A stretch of DNA of 64,000 nt from Candidatus Velthaea sp. (GTDB lineage Bacteria > Vulcanimicrobiota > Vulcanimicrobiia > Vulcanimicrobiales > Vulcanimicrobiaceae). This document shows positions 19,850 through 29,200 of this stretch, one piece after another. The notes beneath the pieces are model-generated. The model was not told the origin of the DNA and ran no database searches. It saw only the letters and a program-made list of their open reading frames with translations. The translations under genes and the position numbers were made by a program. Position 1 is the stretch's first letter. Each line of letters opens with the position of its first letter. Where the stretch lies: contig JBEKHC010000008.1 in NCBI GenBank assembly GCA_050012475.1, positions 14,387-78,386 of the forward strand. The letters run 5' to 3'.

Positions 19850-21181
19850 TTACGGGTTGCCGGGCAACCTCCCTGGTACGAGCCGGCGCGGGCGCGGCAG
19901 ACGAAAAAACGACTGCAACCCGACGGCCAAAACGGCGATGTTCGCGAGCGCGCACAAATGCACCATGACCGGCGCAAACTCGTACGGATCGATCCCGTTC
20001 GGTTTGTCTGATTCCAGCCACATGTACGTGAGCGAGTATTCGAGGTTGAGCCACTGGGTAAGCGTCAGCGCGACGGCGCTCCAGAGATACTCCCGCCCAA
20101 GCGCCGCGAGCGGGCAGACGAAGGCCAGCGCATAGATGAGATAACGTTCGTGCATCTCGGTGAGCACCACGAAGAAGGCCAGCATGAGCAGAAAACACGC
20201 TTCGAGCAACGCGTGCTCGGCGCGCCGGCGTGCATAGCGCCAAGAGATCAAGCCCGCGAGCGCGACGAACGCCGCGTCTGCCCAGTATTTGACCGGCACG
20301 AACAGCAGCGGCCGCGTGTCGGCGGCAAAGAAGTCGCCGAAGAGCGCATACACGTTGAACGCGTTCGCCGACGTATACGGGTAGAGTGATGAACCGATCG
20401 TGTACCACCCGAACATCCGCGCGTACACGCCGGCCAGCGATTTGTCGGTGTAGAACGGTGCCGCGATGAGATACCCGAGCACGAATGCACCCGCGATGCC
20501 CGCCGCTGTCCCCAGCAGCGCGCGCCGCCGGCCGTTCGCGCCCGCCGCCGTCCACGCTTCGATGACGAACAACGGCGCAAGCACGACGACCGGCGGCTTA
20601 TTGAGGACGGCAAACGCCAACACGATCCATGCGGCGGTCCGCTTGCCGCTCAGCACGCACCATACGGCTGCCAGTGCGCTGACGCTGGTGATCGAATCGT
20701 TTTGGCCCCATAGGCTCGAGTCGTACACGATCGCCGGGTTGAACGCGTAGATGGCGGCCGCCATGAGCGCGCGCCGCGGATCGGCGAAGCGTCCGGCGAT
20801 TGCGAAGACGACCACGCTGCCGAGGGCGTCGAAGAGCAGATTGGGCATCTTGAGCGCGATGCGCAGGCTCAAGTCGTCGTGCAGACCCAGGGCGCGGTAG
20901 GTGCGCCCGATCGCCTCGAAGACCAGCAGCGCGCCCGGCGGATAATTCGCGTTGGTCACTTCGTACGCGCGGTCCCACGGGTTGTCTGCCGCCGTTAGCG
21001 CCCATTCCCCGAATGTCCGCAAATCGACGACGTGTCCGGGATCGCCGACGAAGAGCAGGCGCAGCGCGAGGCCGCCCAACGTTATCAGAACGATGCCGCG
21101 CCAATGGGTTGCACGCACTTCGGTCGGCAGTACGACGGCGCGTGTCCGGCTTCTTGTCGTCGGGGTGGCGGGAGGTGCCAC
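19850..21181 (-). CDS. GT-C-fold integral membrane glycosyltransferase
   Basis: NYPP, FNPAIVYDSSLWGQNDS, MHERY, multiple TM segments; start uncertain. Confidence 0.8.
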   Translation of the reverse strand: MAPPATPTTRSRTRAVVLPTEVRATHWRGIVLITLGGLALRLLFVGDPGHVVDLRTFGEWALTAADNPWDRAYEVTNANYPPGALLVFEAIGRTYRALGLHDDLSLRIALKMPNLLFDALGSVVVFAIAGRFADPRRALMAAAIYAFNPAIVYDSSLWGQNDSITSVSALAAVWCVLSGKRTAAWIVLAFAVLNKPPVVVLAPLFVIEAWTAAGANGRRRALLGTAAGIAGAFVLGYLIAAPFYTDKSLAGVYARMFGWYTIGSSLYPYTSANAFNVYALFGDFFAADTRPLLFVPVKYWADAAFVALAGLISWRYARRRAEHALLEACFLLMLAFFVVLTEMHERYLIYALAFVCPLAALGREYLWSAVALTLTQWLNLEYSLTYMWLESDKPNGIDPYEFAPVMVHLCALANIAVLAVGLQSFFRLPRPRRLVPGRLPGNP

Positions 21182-21216
21182 CCGGAGCCCGCCGGCAGGT
21201 GTTGAAAGGGGTGCGA

Positions 21217-22197
21217 ATGTCGAATTCTCATGCCAAAGTCATCATCATCGGGTCCGGCCCGGCCGGGCTGACCGCCGCGATCTATGCCGCCCGGGGTAAC
21301 CTCGCGCCGGTGGTTTTCGCCGGTCATATGTACGGCGGGCAGCTGATGTTCACGACCGAGGTCGAGAATTATCCGGGGTTTCCCGGCGGGATCATGGGCC
21401 CCGAACTCATGGAAAACTTTCGTGCGCAGGCCGAACGTTTCGGCGCGGTCGTGCACAATGTCGACGTCACGGACGTCGATTTTTCAGCGCGGCCGTTTCG
21501 CGTTCGCAGTGCCGACCACGAGTACACCGCCGATTCCATCGTGTTGGCGACCGGCGCGAGCGCCCGCTGGCTGAATATCCCCGGCGAAGCGCGGCTGCGC
21601 GGCCGCGGTGTGTCGACGTGCGCAACTTGCGACGGAGCGTTTTTTCGCGATAAAGAGATCGTCGTCGTCGGCGGCGGGGATTCGGCGATGGAAGAAGCGA
21701 CGTTTCTCACGCGCTTCGCGCGGCGCGTCACGCTCGTCCATCGCAAATCCCGGTTTCGTGCCAGCAAGATCATGGTCGAACGAGCTTTGGCGCATCCCAA
21801 GATCAGCGTCATCTGGGACAGCATCGTCGTCGACGTACTCGGCGACGATCACGTTCGGGCGCTGACGCTGCGCAACGTTGAAACCAACGTGACCACGATC
21901 TTCCCGGCCGATGCGCTCTTCATTGCGATCGGTCACGATCCCAACACGCAGATCTTCGCGGGGCAAATCGATCTCGACGACCACGGCTACATCCGCTCGT
22001 CCGACGGCGTCACGACGAATGTTGCGGGTGTCTTCGTCGCCGGCGACGTCTTCGATATCCGCTATAAGCAGGCGATCACCGCGGCGGGCTCGGGCTGCAA
22101 GGCTGCGCTCGAAGCGGAAAAATACCTCGAAGCGCTCCCCGAGCAGCACGGGCAGCATCCGCAGCACGCGGATCCGGCAAAAGCCGTGCCGGTCTAA
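21217..22197 (+). CDS. trxB: Thioredoxin reductase
   Basis: GSGPAG, GGQL, CATCDG, GGGDSAMEEA, AGDV..QAITAAG. Confidence 0.97.
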   Translation: MSNSHAKVIIIGSGPAGLTAAIYAARGNLAPVVFAGHMYGGQLMFTTEVENYPGFPGGIMGPELMENFRAQAERFGAVVHNVDVTDVDFSARPFRVRSADHEYTADSIVLATGASARWLNIPGEARLRGRGVSTCATCDGAFFRDKEIVVVGGGDSAMEEATFLTRFARRVTLVHRKSRFRASKIMVERALAHPKISVIWDSIVVDVLGDDHVRALTLRNVETNVTTIFPADALFIAIGHDPNTQIFAGQIDLDDHGYIRSSDGVTTNVAGVFVAGDVFDIRYKQAITAAGSGCKAALEAEKYLEALPEQHGQHPQHADPAKAVPV

Positions 22198-22198
22198 G

Positions 22199-22229
22199 CA
22201 ATCGGGTCCGACATCGTCGGACCCGATTG
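22199..22229. terminator. Perfect 14-bp hairpin between convergent genes
   Basis: CAATCGGGTCCGAC-ATC-GTCGGACCCGATTG. Confidence 0.7.
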
Positions 22230-22259
22230 ATCTGCGAGGCGGCGGGTGCGCCCGCTGCG

Positions 22260-23021
22260 CTAAATCGTGGGCGAGGGCTGCGGGTAGGGCGGCGGAGCCG
22301 ACGGCTGGCTATAGGACGGGGCGCCGCTTTGGACCGGCGCGGGCGGCGGCGGCTGCGGCAGTTGTTGCGGTTGTTGGGGTTGCGGCAGTTGCTGCGGTTG
22401 TTGCGGTTGCTGCTGTACGTCGGTGCCGGCTTGGCGGCGGCCCGTTACGACAGCGGCTTGCGTGGTCTTGAACTGGACCGTCGATCCTTGCGGGAGTGTC
22501 ACGTTGGTTCCCAGGCTCGCGCCGTACGCGGCCCCGCCGAGGATGCCGACGGCTCCGCCGACGTCGGTGCCGATGTGCTTGCCGATATAGTTGCCCACGA
22601 TCTGACCAATCACGCCGCCGGCGATGGCGCGGGCCGCCGTATTTCCGCCCTGCTGGCCTTGGGTCGAGATCATCTGGCCGCTGACGGACGCCTCGGTGCC
22701 GTCGGCGAGCATCAAGCGGTCGAAGGCCAGCGTCACGGAACCTCTCCGGGAGCCCGACGCATGCTCGACATTGGCGATGTGCCCAATCACTCGTGCTCCG
22801 TTCAAGCGTTGATCGTCAGCCGGATACGGGGGTTGAATGTCCAGAATGAACTGGTCGGTCGGCTGCACCGTTTTGGTGTTGATCGGATGTTCGAGCGTGC
22901 CGGTGAGGACCGTCTGCGACGGCACGATCGGTTGACCGACCGCAACTTGCGCGAGCACGGCGGCTGGAACGGCGGCGGCCACAGCAACCGCGGCGACAGC
23001 GGTCGCGAACTTGTGAAGCAT
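22260..23021 (-). CDS. Secreted glycine-zipper protein with Q/P-rich tail
   Basis: AGGAG RBS, signal peptide, AIAGGVIGQIVG..GGAVGILGGAAYG, QQPQQLPQP repeats. Confidence 0.8.
   Translation of the reverse strand: MLHKFATAVAAVAVAAAVPAAVLAQVAVGQPIVPSQTVLTGTLEHPINTKTVQPTDQFILDIQPPYPADDQRLNGARVIGHIANVEHASGSRRGSVTLAFDRLMLADGTEASVSGQMISTQGQQGGNTAARAIAGGVIGQIVGNYIGKHIGTDVGGAVGILGGAAYGASLGTNVTLPQGSTVQFKTTQAAVVTGRRQAGTDVQQQPQQPQQLPQPQQPQQLPQPPPPAPVQSGAPSYSQPSAPPPYPQPSPTI
22351..22415. repeat. Coding low-complexity tandem repeat (QQPQQLPQP)
   Basis: Two near-identical TGCGGCAGTTG(T/C)TGCGGTTGTTG units. Confidence 0.7.
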
Positions 23022-23172
23022 ACTTCTCCTCTACGGATTTACATTGTGCTGAAAACGCAGCCGTCGGCTGGATCGTTCGCGCTGCACGGGAACTGTGGGC
23101 CGGCTGTGAATCAGCGAACGAACCTCGCTAACTGTTGCGCGGCCGCACCTATCCACCGAACTCCGTCGCGTT

Positions 23173-23215
23173 TCGGCTTCGCGGGTGTACCGAGCGAAGC
23201 CGAGCGCACGCATCC
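23173..23215. repeat. REP-like palindromic element (family also at 56734-56785)
   Basis: TCGGCTTCGC/GCGAAGCCGA stem; CCGAGCGAAGCCGAG..CATCC shared with 56760-56785. Confidence 0.6.
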
Positions 23216-23248
23216 CCTTGCAATGTATCCGACAAGCCGGACAAACTG

Positions 23249-24958
23249 CTAGGGGGTCGTCGAAGCCGGCCGGCCGGCCCGTGCTGCCATATCGCGCAGG
23301 TAGTCGAGGTTCGATTTCGCCTGCCATCCGTGCGGCTTCATCGGCCGCCCATACGAGAACACCGCTTTCGCCGCCGGGTTCGCGGTTGCATCCAAGAACG
23401 ATTGCAAGCGATAGCACGCGAGATTGAGAAAGTAATCGTCCTCGTCACCGACGTCGACGTGCAGTTTGCCGGCCAGCGACGGTCCGATGCGCGACCAATT
23501 CCGTTCCAGATAGTCGCGCAGATCGAAGTCGTGCTCGCGCATGTAGGCGATCACGTCGTGATCGATGAGGCCGGTGCGCTTGTCCCACATCTCACCGGGA
23601 TACCCGTCTTGCAGCACCGGGCCGTAGGCGGCGTCCCACGCATTGAACTGTTCGCCCGAACGTCCGTGGCTGCCCAGCACGAGTTCGAGCCGGCTCTCTT
23701 CGCGCACCGTCGCGACCGTGTTGCCGTCGCGCGTGCGCTGAGCGGGAATCTCGGACGTACTCCAAGCGCTGCGCTGGGTGGTGAATGCGGACGTGTCGGC
23801 GTACATGTCGCCGATTTGCAAACGGTGGAAGTCGACGGGATCGGGATACAGCGCCCACGCGCCGTTGAAGGCGTCGGGGTGAAAGATCTGCAGGGCAAGC
23901 GCCTCCCAACCGCCGGTCGACTCGCCGATGAGAAAGCGTGACGCGCCGTTGGCGAGCAGGTGAAACTGGGCCTCGAGATGCGGGATGAGTTCGGTCATGA
24001 GCGCATCGCCGTACGGACCGTTGTTGGCTGAATTGACGGCATACGAGTCGTCGTAGTAGGGCGTCGGATGCTCGAAGGCGATCGCGACCATCGGCGGTGC
24101 GTCGCCGCGCATCCACGCCCGGGTGAATTCGTACGCGCTTTCCGCGTTCGTCGTGTCGAGCCGGGCCTCGCGCTCGGCGCGCGTTTCGGCTTGCGCCCCC
24201 GGATCGAACCCAAACGGCGGATCGAACGAGTAGTGCCCTTGCACGTAGACGGCGGGATAGCGCCGGTCGCGCTGCGCGTCGTAGTCCTTGGGCAGCAGAA
24301 CGATCGCGCCCAGATACATCGGCACGCCCCAGAACTTCGAGAGCAGCGCGCTTTGCAAGCGGACGTGTTTGACGAACGCGGTGTCCGGCGCAGGCGGGAG
24401 CGCGGGGAGCGCTCTGACCAGCCGGAGCGCGAAGCGTTGGGCGCGTGCGGGTTCGATGCGCACGCGAACCGGCAGGCTGACCAGATTGCCGGGTGCGATC
24501 GCGAACTTCTGGCCTTCGCCGCGATCGTTGTGCGCCCAGATCGTGTTGCCGTCGGCGCGCGGGAAGCGCGTGTAGACGTTGGCCAGCGCTTGAATGACGT
24601 AATCGCCGGGCGGCAGATCGCGCGGCGTCGCCAGCGGATACCCCGGCGTCGCCGAATCGAGCACGGCGCTGCGGCCGGCCGGCAGCAACGCCACATCGGC
24701 ACCGAACAGTGGAACGGTGTCGGCGAGGCCGTCGTACTGCAAGCGCGGTTCGGGATCGGCACGGCGCGAAACGAAGACGAAGACGCGCCCGGTGAGCGGC
24801 TCGCGCCGCAGCGCGGGATCGACCGACACCGTAAACTCGGGTCCCCGCTGGCCCGCCGAAACCGGCGCGGCGAGCGTCGCGACGGCGAGCAACGCCAGGC
24901 CCAGGTTACGAAACGATCGCCTCGAGTGCCGGGCCGATCTCCGGATACTTGAACGCAA
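23249..24958 (-). CDS. Secreted putative esterase (alpha/beta hydrolase, Fes-like)
   Basis: DSYAVNSANNGPYGD, GESTGG, GDEDDY, KPHGW; start uncertain (TTG 24958 or CTG 24904). Confidence 0.82.
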   Translation of the reverse strand: MRSSIRRSARHSRRSFRNLGLALLAVATLAAPVSAGQRGPEFTVSVDPALRREPLTGRVFVFVSRRADPEPRLQYDGLADTVPLFGADVALLPAGRSAVLDSATPGYPLATPRDLPPGDYVIQALANVYTRFPRADGNTIWAHNDRGEGQKFAIAPGNLVSLPVRVRIEPARAQRFALRLVRALPALPPAPDTAFVKHVRLQSALLSKFWGVPMYLGAIVLLPKDYDAQRDRRYPAVYVQGHYSFDPPFGFDPGAQAETRAEREARLDTTNAESAYEFTRAWMRGDAPPMVAIAFEHPTPYYDDSYAVNSANNGPYGDALMTELIPHLEAQFHLLANGASRFLIGESTGGWEALALQIFHPDAFNGAWALYPDPVDFHRLQIGDMYADTSAFTTQRSAWSTSEIPAQRTRDGNTVATVREESRLELVLGSHGRSGEQFNAWDAAYGPVLQDGYPGEMWDKRTGLIDHDVIAYMREHDFDLRDYLERNWSRIGPSLAGKLHVDVGDEDDYFLNLACYRLQSFLDATANPAAKAVFSYGRPMKPHGWQAKSNLDYLRDMAARAGRPASTTP

Positions 24959-25748
24959 ACCCACTGGCGAGCGTTGCCTCCGGAAGAACGCGTTGTCCTT
25001 CGGTGACGATCGTCGCGGCTTCACCCAACATCAGTTCGATGGCAAACGCGGGTGCGGGCAGAAACGCCGGCCGGTGCACCGCCGCGGCCAGTGCGGCGGT
25101 AAATGCCCGGTTGCGCACCGGATTGGGCGCGGTGGCGTTGAGTGCACCATCGAAACCGCCGAGTGCGCGCAGGTAGACGCCGACGATGTCGGCGATGTGA
25201 ATCCACGAATACCACTGTTGGCCGGAGGCCACAACCCCGCCGAGGCCGAGTTTGAAGAGCGGCAGCAATTTTGCCAGCGCACCGCCGTCGGCGCCGAGCA
25301 CCAGGCCCGTTCGCACGACTGCGACCCGTAAGCCGAGCGCACGGGCGCGTTGCGCTTCCGCTTCCCAGCCCACGCAGACCTGGGCTAAGAATCCCTGACC
25401 GGGCGGACTGCTTTCGGTGAACGTCGCGCTCGTGCTCGTGCCGTAATATCCGATCGCGGAGGCCGAGACGTATTGGCCGGGTCGGTCATCGATGCGTTCG
25501 AGCGCGTCGATGAATGCGCGCGGCAGATCGACGCGCGACCGTTCGATTTCGCGTTTGCGAGCGCCCGTCCAACGGTCGCTCACCGGCGCGCCGGCAAGAT
25601 TGACGACCGCGGTGCTGCCGGCACAAGCGGCTGCCGCTGCGGCCGGGTCGCGCAGAGACGCGGTGATGACCTCGTCGCCGCGGCTGCGCAACGCCGCGCT
25701 CAAATGACGGCCGATAAAACCCGACGCACCAAAAATCGTGACACGCAT
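24906..25748 (-). CDS. TIGR01777-family epimerase-like oxidoreductase (YfcH-like)
   Basis: GASGFIG, VNLAGA, SASAIGYYG, CVGWE, SWIHIAD, NATAPNPV. Confidence 0.92.
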   Translation of the reverse strand: MRVTIFGASGFIGRHLSAALRSRGDEVITASLRDPAAAAAACAGSTAVVNLAGAPVSDRWTGARKREIERSRVDLPRAFIDALERIDDRPGQYVSASAIGYYGTSTSATFTESSPPGQGFLAQVCVGWEAEAQRARALGLRVAVVRTGLVLGADGGALAKLLPLFKLGLGGVVASGQQWYSWIHIADIVGVYLRALGGFDGALNATAPNPVRNRAFTAALAAAVHRPAFLPAPAFAIELMLGEAATIVTEGQRVLPEATLASGFAFKYPEIGPALEAIVS

Positions 25749-25794
25749 CGACGGTTAGACTCCGCGCGCCGGTCGGCGGTGGCAGCGCCTGGAT

Positions 25795-26160
25795 TTACGA
25801 ATCCGCCGCCTTCGAAAAGGCCGCGATCTCGGCGCCCAAAACCCGCACGGCCTCGCGCAGTTCGGTTAGCAGCGCGACCTTGATCGGGTTGGGCACGTCG
25901 GCAGCCGCATCTTCTATCTGCAGGCTGACCGCGAAGAGCCGCCGATCGCCGATCGTTCCACTTGTCCCTTTGAGCCGATGGGCGCACGCCAGCACGGTCC
26001 GCCGGTCATCGATCGCTGCGGCGCCCGCAATCGCGGCGGCGTCGCTGCGGATCGATACGATCGCCGCGTCGAGCAGGTTCGCGATCTCGGCCGTATCACG
26101 GTCGAACAGGTCGAGCAGCGTCGCCAAATCGAACGCTGAGGCTTTCGGCTCTTCGGGCAT
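25795..26160 (-). CDS. Stand-alone Hpt phosphotransfer protein
   Basis: AHRLKGTSGTIG; GGAG RBS before ATG 26160. Confidence 0.85.
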   Translation of the reverse strand: MPEEPKASAFDLATLLDLFDRDTAEIANLLDAAIVSIRSDAAAIAGAAAIDDRRTVLACAHRLKGTSGTIGDRRLFAVSLQIEDAAADVPNPIKVALLTELREAVRVLGAEIAAFSKAADS

Positions 26161-26283
26161 CCGTTGCTCCGAGCATTGGGCTCGGCCAGAGTGGAGCGTC
26201 ACCCTGTACTTATCGGCAGGCCGCTTGCTTAAAACGCCTCCCAAGCAATTCGAGCGAGCGGCGAATGTAAAGATCGCGGTTGG

Positions 26284-29200
26284 TCAGCCGATGCTCAAGA
26301 CCGCACGGTGCTTCTCGGCATCCGAGACCAGCGTTTCGACGGCCCCGCGGATTTCGGTCAGCAGCGCGTCGGAGATCGCCGGGGTGGTCGCCGACGAGGC
26401 GAGCTCGGCGGCGAGGCAGAGCTCGCCGAGCCGGTCCGAGCGGATGCTCGCGCACGTCCCGCGCAGCCGATGGGCGGCTTCGGCAACGTTCGCGAACTCG
26501 CCGGCCGCGGTGTGGGCCTCGATCCGGGCAAGATCGGCCTTGATCGATTCCACCGCCGTCTTGAGCAGCGCGATGACTGCGCTGCGATCGCCGCCGAAGA
26601 GTTCGAGCAGCTTGGACACCCGGATGCTGGCCGCCGGCCGGGTCCGGTTGGCCGCGCTGCGGGTGTTGCGCCGCCGGTCGGGCGCGGGCAGCCAACGCTC
26701 GAGGACGACCCGTAAGCTTTCCAGGCTCGTCGGCTTGGAGACGTAGTCGTCCATGCCCGCATCCAAGCAGTTCTGATGATCGGCGGTACGGGCATCCGCG
26801 GTCATCGCGACGATCGTGAGGTGGTGCGCACCGCCGGCTTCGAGCCGGCGAATTTCGCGGGTGGCCTCGAAGCCGTCCATGACCGGCATGTGGCAGTCCA
26901 TGAACACCAGATCGAAGGGCTCGCGGGTGACGGCTTCGACGGCTTGCTGGCCGTTGGGGACGGCGGTGACCACGAACCCGATGCGCTGCAGTTGTTTGAG
27001 CGCCAGCAGCGTGTTGATCTCGTTGTCCTCGACGAGCAAGATCTTCTCGGGGCGCATCACGACCGGCTTGCCGCGGGCGGCGCCGCGCTTGCGCGAGTCG
27101 TGCGCTTTGCGCGATTCCTTGACGCCCTGCAGCGAGATCTCGAACCAGAACGCGGAGCCCTCGCCGGGGACGCTGCGCACGCCGATCTCGCCGTTCATGA
27201 GCGCGACGAGCTGCGAGCAGATCGAAAGCCCGAGGCCCGTGCCGCCGTATTTGCGCGTCGTCGACTGGTCGCCCTGAGAGAAGGGCTGAAAGAGCCGTCC
27301 CACGGTGGCCGGCGCGATCCCGATGCCCGTGTCTTCGACGGTGAAGCGGATCGGAATCGCTTCGCCGGCGTTCGCCGCGGGCGCCACGACGTCGATGTTC
27401 ACGCTTCCACCCGCGGGCGTGAACTTCAGCGCGTTGCCGGTCAAGTTCAGCAGGATCTGGCGCAGCCGGCCGGGATCGCCCGCGACGATTGCCGGGACGT
27501 CCGTGCCGAAGCTCGTCGTCAAACGGACACCCTTGATCTGATACTGCGCGCGCAGTAATTCGACCACCGATTCGACCTGGCCCGAGAGGTCGAAGTGCAC
27601 GCTTTCGAGTTCGAGTTTGCCGGCTTCGATCTTCGAGTAATCCAGGATGTCATCGAGCACGCGCAACAGCGACTGTCCCGAATCGCGGACGATTTCGATG
27701 TATTCGCGCTGCTCTTCGCTCAGCTGCGAAAGCAGCAGCAGTTCGGTCATTCCGATTACCGCGTTCATCGGCGTGCGGATCTCGTGGCTCATCGTTGCCA
27801 GGAAGCGTGACTTGGCTTCGGTGGCAGCCAGCGCGGCGTCGTGCACGTTGACCATCAAGGCTTCGGCGGATTTGCGCTCCTCGATATCGGTCGCCGTGAC
27901 CAGCCACTTGCCCGCGTCGCCGGCTGAATCGCGGAACGGCACGCTGCGCACGAGGTGCCAGCGGTATGCACCGTCGCGGCGGCGCAGCCGCACTTCACAA
28001 TCGTATTCGACCGACGGCGTCGCGCGCCGGGCGGTAGCGACGTTTGGCCAATCTTCCGGATCGTAGATCGCCTGCAGCCCGCTGGCCCGGCTCTGCTCGA
28101 TGGTGAAACCGGTATAGTTCGTCCACCGCGCGTTGACGTACTCGAATTGATCGGCGGCGTCGATGACCCACACCATCTCGGGGATCGCTTCGGTGAGCGC
28201 GCGGTAGCGGGCTTCGCTGGTTTGCAGTTTTTCGCGCTGCTGCCCGCGCTCCACCGCGGAAGCGATGAGTTCGCCGGCCACGGCGACGAACTCGATGTTC
28301 GGTTCGGAAAACGGCTGCGGCCGGGCTTCGCGCGACGCAAAGCCGATCGTTCCATAGTTCACGCCGCCGATGAAGAGCGGCGCCGCGATATACGAGCCCC
28401 AGCCGCCGTACACGCGGCTCTCTTCGGTTTCGCAAACCTGCTGGACGATCTGCACGCCTTTGGCGTGCGAAACGCGGCCCACGATCGTCGCGCCGAGCGG
28501 CGTTCGCACGCCGGCTTCGACGACGAAGACGCCCTCGCGGCCGATGCTGTTTTCGATCACGTACTCTTGCGCGCCGTAGTCGATGACGCCCAGGAACGCC
28601 CAGTCCAGATCGAGCTGCTCGAGGCCCAAACGCAACGCGGCGTCGATCTGATCCTTACGATTGCTCGTGGTCGTGCTGGCGATCGCGTGCAGCGCGCGCA
28701 GCCGGCCGGCGTAGGAACGCTGCTCGCGTTCGGCGGCGGCGAGCGCCGCGAAGCGCTGCGCGGCACGCAGCGCGGTGAGCAGATTCGAGGCGGCGAGCTT
28801 GAGCGTCTGGATGTCGTCGTCGCCGAACGCCCCGCTCTGCGCGGAGGCTACTTTGAGCACGATCGTCACCTGATCGGACAGCGCGATCGGCACGACCACC
28901 ATCGAGGCGACGCCCATCCGCTGGCAAGCTTCGCGTTCAGCGCGTTCGACGTCGCGGATCGAGTCGTCGCACAAGAGCGGCGCCCGCAAGTCGGCGCTGA
29001 TTCCCGACAGCGATCCGGCGCGCGGGATCCGTGTGCCGGCGTATGGCGCGAGCATCCCGGTCGCCGCTTCGTACACGATTTCGCTATCCGTCAGCGTTTC
29101 CATGACGCTGCCGCCGGCATTGGTCTGCGCTTGAGCGAATGCCAGAATGACGTTGGCAATCGCCGCCCGCGAAGGTAGTGCTGCTGCGACGTCCTCGTGC

